Source: Candidatus Saccharimonadota bacterium (GTDB lineage Bacteria > Patescibacteriota > Saccharimonadia > Saccharimonadales > Saccharimonadaceae). Taken from it: a stretch of 51,492 nt of DNA. Below are positions 26,419 through 36,774 of the stretch, one piece after another. Position 1 is the stretch's first letter. Each line of letters begins with the position of its first letter. Location: NCBI GenBank assembly GCA_010014665.1, contig RZYF01000001.1, forward strand, positions 1-51,492. The letters are read 5' to 3'. A model generated the notes under the pieces. The model was not told the origin of the DNA and made no database searches. It saw nothing but the letters and a program-made list of their open reading frames with translations. A program made the position numbers and the translations under genes.

Positions 26419-27006
26419 ATGGCTATTACATCGGCTATTACAGACGAATATAAACAACAGTTTCAAGACACTGCAAGCCTTTCCACGCTTCCAGAAGGTG
26501 GAATGGACTTGAACCAGACGTTTGACGATTTGGTTGGACAAGCTACTGGCATTGCAAAAACATACATGACTGGCGAGTTGCCACAAGATGTGCAGGATAT
26601 AGTTGCTGAACAGGCGGCACAAACGGCACAGGATCGTGGCGTTGGACTTGGACAGAAGTCTAGATACATAACTGCAAGAGATTTAGGTTTGACATCGTTG
26701 GGTTTAAAATCTGCTGGTGCTACAATGGCTGAGTCAATTTCAAAACTAACGGAAGCTCGTAGACAGTTTGATCAAACATACTCCCGTGATATTCAGACAT
26801 TAATGCTGTCGCAACGCAAGACTGATGTGTTAGAGTCACAATTTAATCGACAGATGACATTTAATATTAATGAACTAATAGCTAATACTGTTTCCAGTAG
26901 TCTAGCCGCTCGAGTTACTGGTGCGGCACAAGGAATTGATATGACAAATGTAGAGAAGAATATTAGCGACACTATTGATGATTTAAATACTTTAATAGGA
27001 CTATAA
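26419..27006 (+). CDS. internal virion protein candidate (195 aa)
   Basis: Position within the ejection-protein run. Confidence 0.5.
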   Translation: MAITSAITDEYKQQFQDTASLSTLPEGGMDLNQTFDDLVGQATGIAKTYMTGELPQDVQDIVAEQAAQTAQDRGVGLGQKSRYITARDLGLTSLGLKSAGATMAESISKLTEARRQFDQTYSRDIQTLMLSQRKTDVLESQFNRQMTFNINELIANTVSSSLAARVTGAAQGIDMTNVEKNISDTIDDLNTLIGL

Positions 27007-27015
27007 GGAACGGAT

Positions 27016-29070
27016 ATGGCACAACAAACATTTGGCGACATGTTGATCAATCTTGGCAGTACTGTTGGTGCTGGAGCACAACTAGCTGGACAGGTGGAAT
27101 CACGAAGAAACAGTGAGCGCATTAATGCATACAATATGAACCGTCAGGCTGTTGCAGATCAGCGAGCAGAGCTTCAATTCAACCAGCAACAGGAAGATCG
27201 TGCATGGGCTTTAAAGCAACGTGCAGAGCAAGAGGCTATTCAGAAATATTCAGACAAAGAGATTCAGACAGCGGCTAAAGGTCAGCTTGAAATGCTTTCA
27301 TTTGCTGTAACGAGTGGCGATCCTCTTGATATAGCCAATAGGTTAAATGAATTTAATTCATTTGCTGTACAGCACGGAAATTTTCAAGCAATGGGTAAAG
27401 ATGAAGAATTAATGGCTACTTTCAGAAACGTAAACAAAGCGCAATTCATGAAGATTCCTATTGAGTATGTAGATAGTGATGGCATTAAAAAAACTCGTGA
27501 TATATCAATTAGCGATCTTCCAGCATTGATGCAAAATCCTGAATCTGACTTCGAGTTATTCAAAGCTGTTTATAATAAGGGCAACAGAACAGCGGCCGCA
27601 AGCTATTTGGAGTCAAATTCTAAGATAGGAGCAGTTATTGAATCAGTAATTGATCCTGTTACAGGAAAAATCAAAGCAGGTGTTTCTTCGTGGCAACAAG
27701 CAAAGTCTATTTATGATGACCAAGTATTGCAGACAGAATTTAAAAAGGCAAGAGCTAAAGCACAGGGTACTGCATTAGCAAACCCGTGGAACGTAAACGC
27801 GGCAATGACTGACTCAACTATGGCGAATAAGCCAATTCGTATGCATGTTAATGGTGTAGGAAGCGGTTTAGGTGAGGTAATAAATGGTAATAGCGCATCG
27901 TTTTTTGACACAACAAAAGTATCAAAAACAAAACCAGACGGAGAAGTTATAGCTACAACTTCTAATCCGAACATCATTGCATTTTATACTGATCCTTCAA
28001 ATGGTTTCACTCCACAATCTCTAGCGCAAACAGAAGAAATTGGGAAGATAATATTTGGCAATACAGGATGGAGCCAAGCTAAATCGTATGATGTTGCATG
28101 GACAGCTTCTATTGCCAACAATAGTGAAAAATACAAAATTGGTGATGGAGTAAAAAATCCTGTTCCTATATATAAAGAAGATGGCAAGCTTGCTGGAATA
28201 GAAGCACAGGATGTTGGTGTTTATTATTATGGAACAAATGCTCAAGAGGTTGCCAAGACTAATATCATGATCTCGGACATGGCTGAATCAGGAAAAGAAA
28301 TAGAAGGTATCGATGTTGTAACTAAGTCATTACTAGAAAAAAGCAAGGATGGGAAAATAAACCAAAAAGAGATGGTTCAGCTAAAGGCAAACATCAATTC
28401 ATGGAGATGCAAAAACATTAATTCATTAGCTCAGGAAACATCTATACTTTCATCTAAAGCGAAAGGAACTGTTTATGAACTAGCTGGTGTTAAACCAGAG
28501 GATAAGCCAAAGGATATTGCAAAGAAGATTAATGAAGAAGCCGCAAGTGTTGCTCTTAACATTCAATACAATCCTAGACTTGATGGAATGGGAACGGAAA
28601 ATATTACTCAGACAAGTGGTACGTATTCTGGAGACAAGTGGACGTATGAATATGCGTCAGGAGTTGATGGTGCTATAGACAGGTCTAAATTAAGTGATAG
28701 GCGTTATCTTACACGTGAGGAATCTGCGCAAACATACAGAAAGTGGGCAAGAGGACTTGAAGATTCAATAGTAAATCTACGAGCAGCAGAACGCAAACTG
28801 AAAGAATCAGAAACAAAGTATGGTGCTACTATTGACCGTAATAACGGATACATGAAAGACATTTCCGATCTCAAATCGAGTCTTGAATATCAGCTTGGTG
28901 TTATTTCTGGTTCATATTTTGGAGCAACTAGAACAGTTGGAACAGAGATTGTGCCAGCTACTAGAGAAGAGTATGATCAGCGAATGATCGATATTGAACT
29001 ATCTAATATCGAATCATATACGAGGGGCGTAAATGAGTATCAAAATGTTTTAAAAGAATCAGGAATGTAA
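27016..29070 (+). CDS. internal virion / ejection protein candidate (684 aa)
   Basis: Position and size. Confidence 0.5.
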   Translation: MAQQTFGDMLINLGSTVGAGAQLAGQVESRRNSERINAYNMNRQAVADQRAELQFNQQQEDRAWALKQRAEQEAIQKYSDKEIQTAAKGQLEMLSFAVTSGDPLDIANRLNEFNSFAVQHGNFQAMGKDEELMATFRNVNKAQFMKIPIEYVDSDGIKKTRDISISDLPALMQNPESDFELFKAVYNKGNRTAAASYLESNSKIGAVIESVIDPVTGKIKAGVSSWQQAKSIYDDQVLQTEFKKARAKAQGTALANPWNVNAAMTDSTMANKPIRMHVNGVGSGLGEVINGNSASFFDTTKVSKTKPDGEVIATTSNPNIIAFYTDPSNGFTPQSLAQTEEIGKIIFGNTGWSQAKSYDVAWTASIANNSEKYKIGDGVKNPVPIYKEDGKLAGIEAQDVGVYYYGTNAQEVAKTNIMISDMAESGKEIEGIDVVTKSLLEKSKDGKINQKEMVQLKANINSWRCKNINSLAQETSILSSKAKGTVYELAGVKPEDKPKDIAKKINEEAASVALNIQYNPRLDGMGTENITQTSGTYSGDKWTYEYASGVDGAIDRSKLSDRRYLTREESAQTYRKWARGLEDSIVNLRAAERKLKESETKYGATIDRNNGYMKDISDLKSSLEYQLGVISGSYFGATRTVGTEIVPATREEYDQRMIDIELSNIESYTRGVNEYQNVLKESGM

Positions 29071-29090
29071 CGGATAGATAAGGAAAGAAC

Positions 29091-32000
29091 ATGGCTGAAT
29101 ACGAACCTATTGATGTAGACGCTTTACAACATCTTTCAGACCTCACCTCTGGATCATTCATTGGAACAGATGGTTATATGTCGGAAGCAGGTGCTGATTT
29201 TTATGCATCCGAAGCCGCTAAGAGATACGGATATGTTGATCCAGACCCAAAAGGAATGGGTGAATCTTTAATTGCTGGTGTTAAAAGTGGGTTTATGACA
29301 GCGGCTGCTGGTACATTCAACACGCTGGGAGCATATGATCTTGAAGCACTTGCTAATCTAACAATAGAAACAAACCAGCAGTTGCAACCGTCAGACCGAG
29401 ACAGCATGGCGTCCACTATTATGAACATTGGTGGTCAGGCTATTGGACAGAACGTGCTAAATTTTGCTACAGCCGCAGGACTAACTCTTGCTGGACAACC
29501 ACATCTTGCTGGAATGGCGATGATGGGTGGAATGTATGTTCAGGAGTATGGGCGAAAACTTGATTTAGTTCAGCAGTATGCTCCAGACATGAGCTATGAC
29601 AATCAACGTCTTGTAGCATCAACAATGGCGGCTGGAACTGCTGTACTTGAAACAAGCATTGGTGCAGATAGATTAGTATTACAAGCTCTTGGTGCAAAGA
29701 ATGGTATAGGAGCATTGCCAACTATTATTTCTAGTTTTTCAAAAAAACTTGGAATGGCAACAGAAACAGCATCTATAGGATTGCGAAAGTCTGTAGTTAG
29801 AACAATGATTGCTACTGGAATTGAAGAAGGAGTAGAAGAAGGTGCTCAGAAAGGATTGGATGATTATATTCTTTCTGTAGTTGCAAATAAAAAGCCTGAC
29901 GAAGTTTCACAGTATCTAACAGAGATGGTGCATGGATTTATTGGTGGTATGTTCCTTGGATTTTTACCATCAGTTGCGATTGCACACCAAAACAGAACTA
30001 TTGAAAAGACGCTCACGCAAGACAATATTCAAGCTGGTATTGCAGATAAGTTGTCGGAAAAGATTGGTATAGAACAGTTTGAAGCAGAACGCCAAGCATT
30101 TATTAGCGAAGATGGACTTGCTGGAAATCTCACACGTTCAGGATTCGATGCCAACGTAGCACAAGCTGTTGCATACACGATGTTCGACAAAGCAATTGGT
30201 CTCAGTTCGTTGTCCAATTTCAAACAGAATCCTTCCGCATTCATTGAAGGAATGGGAATGGTCGGTGTTGAACAAGACATTCAACGCATGAAGACTGAGA
30301 ACCCAGAGCAATACAAACTGTTAAATGCCGAACTGACTAAAGCTACAGAAGCAGGAAGCACAACATCTGTATATTCCATACTGGATAAATACTTCAATAT
30401 AACTGCAAAGGTGCAAGGTCGAAATGCCGAGGCACAGGCACAGAAGAATGCTTCCAGAACGTCGAATGAAGTTACGTTGAATGATGATCAAGGCAATGTT
30501 AAAAGCATCAAGAAAGACACTGTGAATATTGATGGAAGAATTGCCACAAAAGATGTAGCAGAAGTAATGCAACAAGAACGTCTTGCTCTCCCAGAAGCTA
30601 CACAGCAACCACTACTTTTGAAGCCAGCAACAGAAAGTATTCGTATACAGAATGTTAACAATGTTGCAAACAAATTGCGTACAGGACAGCAGTTAAACGA
30701 TGAAGATGTAAATATTTACGCACAGAATGTACAAGAAATAGAAGCACAGTTGGTCGATACAAAAGCTGGTGCCGATGTTACTCGTTCTGCTGAATTGAGC
30801 AAGTTTAGAAAAGTTATCAATCTGAAAGTAAATAACATTTCCAAAACTGGATTCGATGCTGTTAACCGTCTTGATAATCTAACAGAAAACATGATTGTTG
30901 GAGAAGAAGGTCGTGCTCAGATATTGGACATGATTCAAAATCAAGATATAGCTGGTGCTGAAAGTGCTATGGATTCCATTGAATCTAATGCAGACATGTT
31001 GGACTACGAGCGTAAATCATCGTTAAAGCGTATTAAAGGGCTATTACGCGATGGCAACATCACCGACGAACAAGCACTTGCAATGGGCGAAAGAGTTGCT
31101 GGGACTACGCTTGAAACACTTGGAGACATGCAACAGTACATTGCTGACATAGAAGAATCAATATTCCTGCAAGAAGTACAAGATGAGCGCGCACAAATAG
31201 ACAAAGCGCAACTTCGAGAAACAAAACAACAGTCATATGCAAGAGTTCGTTCGCTGGAAAGTGCAGGAGCAATAGATGCAAAAACTGCAAATTCATTATA
31301 CGAAAACATTGTTGGATCAAATGCTGAACAGTTAAACGGCGAAATAGAGAAGCAAATTTCCAAGCTTGAATCAAAAACAGAGAAACAAACTGGAAAGCAG
31401 ACAAAGAAAAAGTTTGAGCAGAAATACAAAGGTGTAGATACAAAAGTAGAACAGGTTGAAACATCAATAGAGATCGATGCTGAAACTCTCGAAGACTATA
31501 TTGCTCAACGAATGCAGAAGGTTGAAGACACAGGAACAACAGAACTGAGTGGTGTAGATCAGACAAGTGCCAAGATAAAGACATCATTGATGAGCTTGAG
31601 CTCAGAAGAACTGGAACAGGCTGAAGTCAATGGATTCGATATGGATGGAGTTCATTACGAGATTGACGATGGCGTTGTTCATGCAACAGTTAAGCTTGTT
31701 GAAATAACGCCAATGGAAGAATCTCAACTCAATGCATACCAGCGTGTGTTGGCTTCTACACGTCAGGAATTGGTCGATACACACAAGGCGCAGAAAGCAG
31801 AAGACAACGCTAATGAACGTTTCATGGCTACTGAGCAGGCAATTCCGAACGCACTTGATGGTGTATGGGGAATGTATAATCCTGCTAATCGTACTGCTGT
31901 TTACTTTTCCACAGCAAAACCAGATGTAATCATCCACGAATGGATGCACCATGTTGTAGCAATGAATCTGTTGCCAACACAAATGGATTTAGCACTACGT

Positions 32001-35000
32001 AAAAGCTTCGGAGTGTCACCAGAAGGTAAATGGACTAACGATGCCGAGGAACGCCTTGTAGCCACGTTTATGCAGTATCTAGCCACACAGCAGATCAACA
32101 TGAATGGAATGGATGCCAATGTTAAACAGGCATTCGATATGTTGCGTGATAGCATGTCAACATCATGGGCTGATGCAGAGGTGTATACCAAAGGAATGGA
32201 TTACCAAGCAACATTGGATCAGACAGTTGATATTGATGGCAAACAGTACACAATGAAAGACCTGCTTGGTTCCATTGCAAATCCTTCACTGGATAATCGC
32301 CTGATTGCAGACATATTGGGAACTGTGCAAGACATTAAAAGCCGTGAACAAAGCAATAAAGCACGAGCACAAGCTGTTAATGAAGCAAAGAATCTTGACG
32401 ATGTGGACATGAGCGAAGATGAACGGATGATGCGCACATCCGAAATAGACACCATCATTTCCAATGCCAAAGCTCGTGGCACATACATGCTTGCTCCTAA
32501 TGGCAACCAGTCTAACCTAAACGAACGTCAGTGGGCACAAGTACGTACACAAGCATTCAAGAATTGGTTTGGTGACTGGGAGAATACACAGAATGCCAGC
32601 AAGGTTGTAGATGAGAACGGCGAACCGATGGTGGTTTATCATGGGACTGGTGTATCATTTGATGCATTTGATATTGAAAAAATAAATCGTCCTGGGGCTG
32701 GGTATGGCTTTCATTTCTCTACTGGCCCAAAGCTTGCTGGACTATATGCAGATCAGTGGAACTCTATTAGTAAGCATGGTTCTCCGCAAATTTATCCTGT
32801 TTATTTAAACATTTTAAATCCATCACCGTATTCAGTCTGGAAAAAGTTGATTGCTAAAAACTCGATGACTTTCGAGGGAGAAAAGAAATTTCGTGACGAA
32901 ATGATTGAGCTTGGATATGATGGATCGGTTTATGAGCACGGTAGATGGTGGGACGAAAACGCTCAGGATGATGAAAGCACTATTACTTATGTAGCTTTCT
33001 CGCAAAACCAGATAAAATCTGCAACAGGAAACGTAGGAACATTCTCTGCTGAAAACGATGACATCCGTTTCATGTCTACCAAGAAAGAAGATATTAAACG
33101 TATGGCATGGAGTACACATCAGCAAAACGTATCATCTGCTTCTACGTCAATTTCATACGTTGACCCTCAATCAAAGGCTCCGATAATATTTAGTGCATTC
33201 AGAGATGGAAAGATTCGTCTTGGAGAAAAGAATGCTGATATAGGTGGTGGAAGATTTGACCAGATAACCGATTGGTTAAAGACAAAAGGTGTCAATAATA
33301 TCGTTTGGGACAGATTCAATCGTGATGAAAAGCACAATGCTAACGCACAGAAAATGCTCCAAGATGGACAGGCTGATACAGCAACCTTAAGCAATGTACT
33401 CAATGTTATTCCAGAAAAAGAATCAAGACTTTCAGCTATTGCTACAGCATATGATTCACTTAAAAATGGTGGATCGCTTTATGTTTCTGCATACAAAGCA
33501 CCGAAGTCTGGAGAAGTTAGTGGTCGTGATGCATATCAAGTTGCTGAAAATCTAAACTTTTACAAGTCTGAAATTGAAGAAATATTTGGACAAGGAAACG
33601 TTGAGCGGGTCAAAGGAACGCAGATTCTCAAAGCAACAAAAGATGAACAATCAGAACGCTTCATGTCTACTAAGAAGAAAGCCAAAGCAGAACCTACACA
33701 AGCAGAACTTGAACACGAAGCGCAGAAACAGGCTGACAAAGCATTTGTTGACAGCATGAAAGACCAGATGAAGGCTCAGGTTCGTGGCACTCGTAAAGCA
33801 CGTAGCGAGCGTTTCCGAGGCAAAGATGAAAGCAAGGTTGCATTTGCGGCTAGAAAGTTACGCGACAAACTCAGTTCAATCCAAGCCGAAGTTTCAACTG
33901 ACTGGTCGATGTTCAGCATATTCGATGGTGACGATGCTGGCGGATACTTCTCAAATCAGTTCACTAAATTCCGTGACGCATACCATACGCATTTCATCCG
34001 ACTTGTTGAACAGTTCAATAAGCTGAACAACAAGTGGATCAAAGAGTTGGGCATCGATGAACGGTTGTGGAATAGCGGAAAGGATAGTTTGTTGATTGGT
34101 GACAAGTGGTTAAACATGGGTCATGCTGTATTTGCATATCGTTCACATCTTAATCGACAAGAGTTGCAACGCAGATCAAGAGTACTTGCTCGTGAAGAGA
34201 TTGCAGACAGAGTTGAACGTACAAAGGCAAAACTTGAAACAGCTAAGCAAAAAGGTGGAGCTGTAGAGTATTGGCAGAACGCATTAGATCGTTTCCAGTC
34301 GCAGGAATACTTGGAAAAGATAACTGCTAAACAAATGAAGCAGTTTGAGTCATGGGATCAGATGAAGAAGCTAATGTCATACAACGTCATGTCTGAGAAT
34401 CTTATCAATGAAGTCGTTAAGTATGTAGAAACGTCTGGTACATACGAAGCAGACCAGATCAAGAAGATGAACGAGCTGATGTCTCGTGGCTATACTGATG
34501 CTTGGGTTAAACAGAACGAAGAGTACAGAGTCCGCACTGGTCAAGACTTGTCAAAGATTCCATTCTATGTTCCAATTGCATACGATGGAATTATGATGCA
34601 GTCGGAGAATGATGCATTATCAGCAGAGCTTGGATACTTAACTCCTGAAGACATCGTTGCTTCGCGCGACAAAGGTATCAGAGGTAAAGATAAGCAGATC
34701 AAGAAACGTTCTGCTGGTGAAATTGGACGTGTACTCATTCTTAATCCACTTTCAACGATGAACAATTACCAACAACAGGCGGCGTCTTATATTGCTAGGT
34801 CACACAAAGCACAACTTGCATTGGAAGCTATTAATGATAAAGACGTAACAAGTGCAATGTACGACCGTTTTGGTGATGACAAATGGCATAGTAGATTCCA
34901 GTCGATGATTCGTCGTGATATGTACCATGACGGACGTTCAAGAAGCGCAGTAGGTGTTGAGCGAGTTGTAGACACCATGAGGAGTTGGACAATGCCTCCG

Positions 35001-36170
35001 TTGATTATGATGCGCGGAACTACGTCTGCAATTCAGGGACTATCAGGATTTGCTGGAGTTGCATACATGGGCGAAGCTGGACAACGAATCACCATGAATG
35101 ACATCCTTACAACTCCACATAAAGTTATGATGATGTCTGCCAACTTTGCAAAAATGTTGAGCTATATGAGTCGTGGAATTGCTACCAAAGGATTCGTGCA
35201 AGCTCGTGATTTCATGGAAGATTATGACGCAGAGTTGGTGTCGATCATCGACGAATACTTTCCTCGTCTATGGCATCGGTTTGGCATTGTAGAAACTGAC
35301 ATGATTAACAGTCCTCAGTTCAAAGCTGTACTTGCCAAACGTGTAAACATCAAAGGTAAGGATGTTCAGCTCGGCGAGATTGCAGGTGCTAGTTTGCGAG
35401 CAATCGATATGGCTACATGTTTGGCCGTGTTCAAGACTGCATTTGATTTCCAAATGACTGTAAATCAGACAAAAGAAATGACGCAGGAGCAATGCGAAGA
35501 AGATGCGGCTGGATTTGCACGTAGAGCTGTTAATGCTTCACAGCCAGCAGGTGATGTGTACAGCAAGAGCATAGCGCAAACTGAAACTGCAATGGGTAGA
35601 CTACTGTTTACATTCAATAACTATCCTGTAACGTTGTGGAATCAGACGGTTAACACATTGTTCAGACCATTGCTTCATGGTGCAACAGATGCGTGGCAAC
35701 AAAAAGATCCAATGAAATTTGTTGATGCACTAATGACAAGAACTCAACAAGGTGTGTCCATTCCAGACTTCGTCGTATTTGGGCTTGTAATGCCTGCTAT
35801 AGCCATCGGAATGATTAGACGTGGCATGAAGCCTCCAGAAGACAAAGAGCAACTGTGGCGTGATATATTCGCGTATCAGTTCAGTATGATACCTGTTGCT
35901 GGATCATTCCTGTCGTCTGCAATTGCAAGTGGTCGCACATACGGTACTGAATTTAGTACATTCAGGACTATTAGTGATATGTCGAAGTTACTGTCAGGAA
36001 ATACAGAACAGAAATTCAAAGCTGGATTGAGTATGGCATCTGTAGGAACACAGGTACCAATGGCTGTTATGCAAGACTTCTGGAACTTTGTAGGTAAAAT
36101 GACAAGAGATGAACAGATTACGTTCCTTGGGTTCCCTATTGAAGAAGCGATTATGGGTGAAAAGAAGTAA
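29091..36170 (+). CDS. giant polyvalent virion/ejection protein (2359 aa): hydrophobic N- and C-terminal segments, HExxH metallopeptidase-like site, ART-like domain, SAM-methyltransferase-like domain
   Basis: IIHEWMHH (nt 31935-31949 for HEWMH). FKNWFGDW..SKVVDENGEPMVVYHGT..GYGFHFS..QIKSATGN..IRF (about nt 32556-33075). ADIGGGRFD..DTATLSNVLNVI..LKNGGSLYVSAY (about nt 33234-33494). Confidence 0.7.
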   Translation: MAEYEPIDVDALQHLSDLTSGSFIGTDGYMSEAGADFYASEAAKRYGYVDPDPKGMGESLIAGVKSGFMTAAAGTFNTLGAYDLEALANLTIETNQQLQPSDRDSMASTIMNIGGQAIGQNVLNFATAAGLTLAGQPHLAGMAMMGGMYVQEYGRKLDLVQQYAPDMSYDNQRLVASTMAAGTAVLETSIGADRLVLQALGAKNGIGALPTIISSFSKKLGMATETASIGLRKSVVRTMIATGIEEGVEEGAQKGLDDYILSVVANKKPDEVSQYLTEMVHGFIGGMFLGFLPSVAIAHQNRTIEKTLTQDNIQAGIADKLSEKIGIEQFEAERQAFISEDGLAGNLTRSGFDANVAQAVAYTMFDKAIGLSSLSNFKQNPSAFIEGMGMVGVEQDIQRMKTENPEQYKLLNAELTKATEAGSTTSVYSILDKYFNITAKVQGRNAEAQAQKNASRTSNEVTLNDDQGNVKSIKKDTVNIDGRIATKDVAEVMQQERLALPEATQQPLLLKPATESIRIQNVNNVANKLRTGQQLNDEDVNIYAQNVQEIEAQLVDTKAGADVTRSAELSKFRKVINLKVNNISKTGFDAVNRLDNLTENMIVGEEGRAQILDMIQNQDIAGAESAMDSIESNADMLDYERKSSLKRIKGLLRDGNITDEQALAMGERVAGTTLETLGDMQQYIADIEESIFLQEVQDERAQIDKAQLRETKQQSYARVRSLESAGAIDAKTANSLYENIVGSNAEQLNGEIEKQISKLESKTEKQTGKQTKKKFEQKYKGVDTKVEQVETSIEIDAETLEDYIAQRMQKVEDTGTTELSGVDQTSAKIKTSLMSLSSEELEQAEVNGFDMDGVHYEIDDGVVHATVKLVEITPMEESQLNAYQRVLASTRQELVDTHKAQKAEDNANERFMATEQAIPNALDGVWGMYNPANRTAVYFSTAKPDVIIHEWMHHVVAMNLLPTQMDLALRKSFGVSPEGKWTNDAEERLVATFMQYLATQQINMNGMDANVKQAFDMLRDSMSTSWADAEVYTKGMDYQATLDQTVDIDGKQYTMKDLLGSIANPSLDNRLIADILGTVQDIKSREQSNKARAQAVNEAKNLDDVDMSEDERMMRTSEIDTIISNAKARGTYMLAPNGNQSNLNERQWAQVRTQAFKNWFGDWENTQNASKVVDENGEPMVVYHGTGVSFDAFDIEKINRPGAGYGFHFSTGPKLAGLYADQWNSISKHGSPQIYPVYLNILNPSPYSVWKKLIAKNSMTFEGEKKFRDEMIELGYDGSVYEHGRWWDENAQDDESTITYVAFSQNQIKSATGNVGTFSAENDDIRFMSTKKEDIKRMAWSTHQQNVSSASTSISYVDPQSKAPIIFSAFRDGKIRLGEKNADIGGGRFDQITDWLKTKGVNNIVWDRFNRDEKHNANAQKMLQDGQADTATLSNVLNVIPEKESRLSAIATAYDSLKNGGSLYVSAYKAPKSGEVSGRDAYQVAENLNFYKSEIEEIFGQGNVERVKGTQILKATKDEQSERFMSTKKKAKAEPTQAELEHEAQKQADKAFVDSMKDQMKAQVRGTRKARSERFRGKDESKVAFAARKLRDKLSSIQAEVSTDWSMFSIFDGDDAGGYFSNQFTKFRDAYHTHFIRLVEQFNKLNNKWIKELGIDERLWNSGKDSLLIGDKWLNMGHAVFAYRSHLNRQELQRRSRVLAREEIADRVERTKAKLETAKQKGGAVEYWQNALDRFQSQEYLEKITAKQMKQFESWDQMKKLMSYNVMSENLINEVVKYVETSGTYEADQIKKMNELMSRGYTDAWVKQNEEYRVRTGQDLSKIPFYVPIAYDGIMMQSENDALSAELGYLTPEDIVASRDKGIRGKDKQIKKRSAGEIGRVLILNPLSTMNNYQQQAASYIARSHKAQLALEAINDKDVTSAMYDRFGDDKWHSRFQSMIRRDMYHDGRSRSAVGVERVVDTMRSWTMPPLIMMRGTTSAIQGLSGFAGVAYMGEAGQRITMNDILTTPHKVMMMSANFAKMLSYMSRGIATKGFVQARDFMEDYDAELVSIIDEYFPRLWHRFGIVETDMINSPQFKAVLAKRVNIKGKDVQLGEIAGASLRAIDMATCLAVFKTAFDFQMTVNQTKEMTQEQCEEDAAGFARRAVNASQPAGDVYSKSIAQTETAMGRLLFTFNNYPVTLWNQTVNTLFRPLLHGATDAWQQKDPMKFVDALMTRTQQGVSIPDFVVFGLVMPAIAIGMIRRGMKPPEDKEQLWRDIFAYQFSMIPVAGSFLSSAIASGRTYGTEFSTFRTISDMSKLLSGNTEQKFKAGLSMASVGTQVPMAVMQDFWNFVGKMTRDEQITFLGFPIEEAIMGEKK

Positions 36171-36171
36171 A

Positions 36172-36205
36172 TAAAAAAGGCAGGCGTAAAAACCTGCCTT
36201 AATTT
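36172..36205. terminator. bidirectional terminator between the convergent late and early modules
   Basis: GGCAGG cgtaaaaa CCTGCC, with an A-run upstream and a T-rich stretch downstream. Confidence 0.7.
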
Positions 36206-36226
36206 ACAATACACTGTCTATACAAA

Positions 36227-36490
36227 TCACGCATCTCCGTTTGCAGAAAACACGCATTTCCATTCTTTTATGTCACCATCATTCCACCATGCATAACCGT
36301 ACTGATTGTGGTGGTCTGGAAGTTTATATGGATTGCATGCTTCAAACTCAATGATTACCGTTCTGCCTACTTTCATAGCCCATGCCATTGCACCCATTTG
36401 AGTAGTGAATCCACGCACAGGACTTTTAATGAATCCTGTTTTTCTATAAGCCTTTGCTTTCTTCTGAGTAGTAGCGTGATAAAGTTTCAT
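36227..36490 (-). CDS. hypothetical protein (87 aa; ORF trimmed to the ATG at 36490)
   Basis: AAAGGAAC SD upstream of MKLYHATTQKK. Confidence 0.5.
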   Translation of the reverse strand: MKLYHATTQKKAKAYRKTGFIKSPVRGFTTQMGAMAWAMKVGRTVIIEFEACNPYKLPDHHNQYGYAWWNDGDIKEWKCVFSANGDA

Positions 36491-36513
36491 TTGTTCCTTT
36501 CTATGTAGCAAAT

Positions 36514-36759
36514 CTATTTGTTCTTGTTGTAATAATCTTCCCATAGACGAATTGAAAAGCTAGAAGTAACACTCTCATAACTTTTTGTTTCACGATATAT
36601 TAAGCCGCACTCTACTTTCATATCGCAACTTGTCCATGAAACACTATGAAGTATTATGTCTGCGTCATCTTCATCATGCAAAAACTCTTCAATGAATTTA
36701 TCCGCACCGTTTTCTTCTCTCCAAATAATTCGTTCCCAGTCTTCAATGTTGTACTTCAT
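36514..36759 (-). CDS. hypothetical protein (81 aa; trimmed to an ATG)
   Basis: The ORF-track start is a GTG immediately after a double TAA TAA. The first ATG is at 36759. Confidence 0.45.
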   Translation of the reverse strand: MKYNIEDWERIIWREENGADKFIEEFLHDEDDADIILHSVSWTSCDMKVECGLIYRETKSYESVTSSFSIRLWEDYYNKNK

Positions 36760-36774
36760 AAATAGTTCCACTTA

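Noticed and set aside
29091-36170. The giant protein as a crAss-like virion RNA polymerase
   Set aside because: I found no DxDGD-type or double-psi beta-barrel catalytic motif. The recognisable motifs are of the HExxH, ART-like and methyltransferase-like kinds.
36227-36490. MKLYHATT... N-terminus reminiscent of the first strand of ADP-ribosyltransferases or DarT (YH.T)
   Set aside because: At 87 aa it is too short for a complete ART fold, and I could not identify the other catalytic elements.
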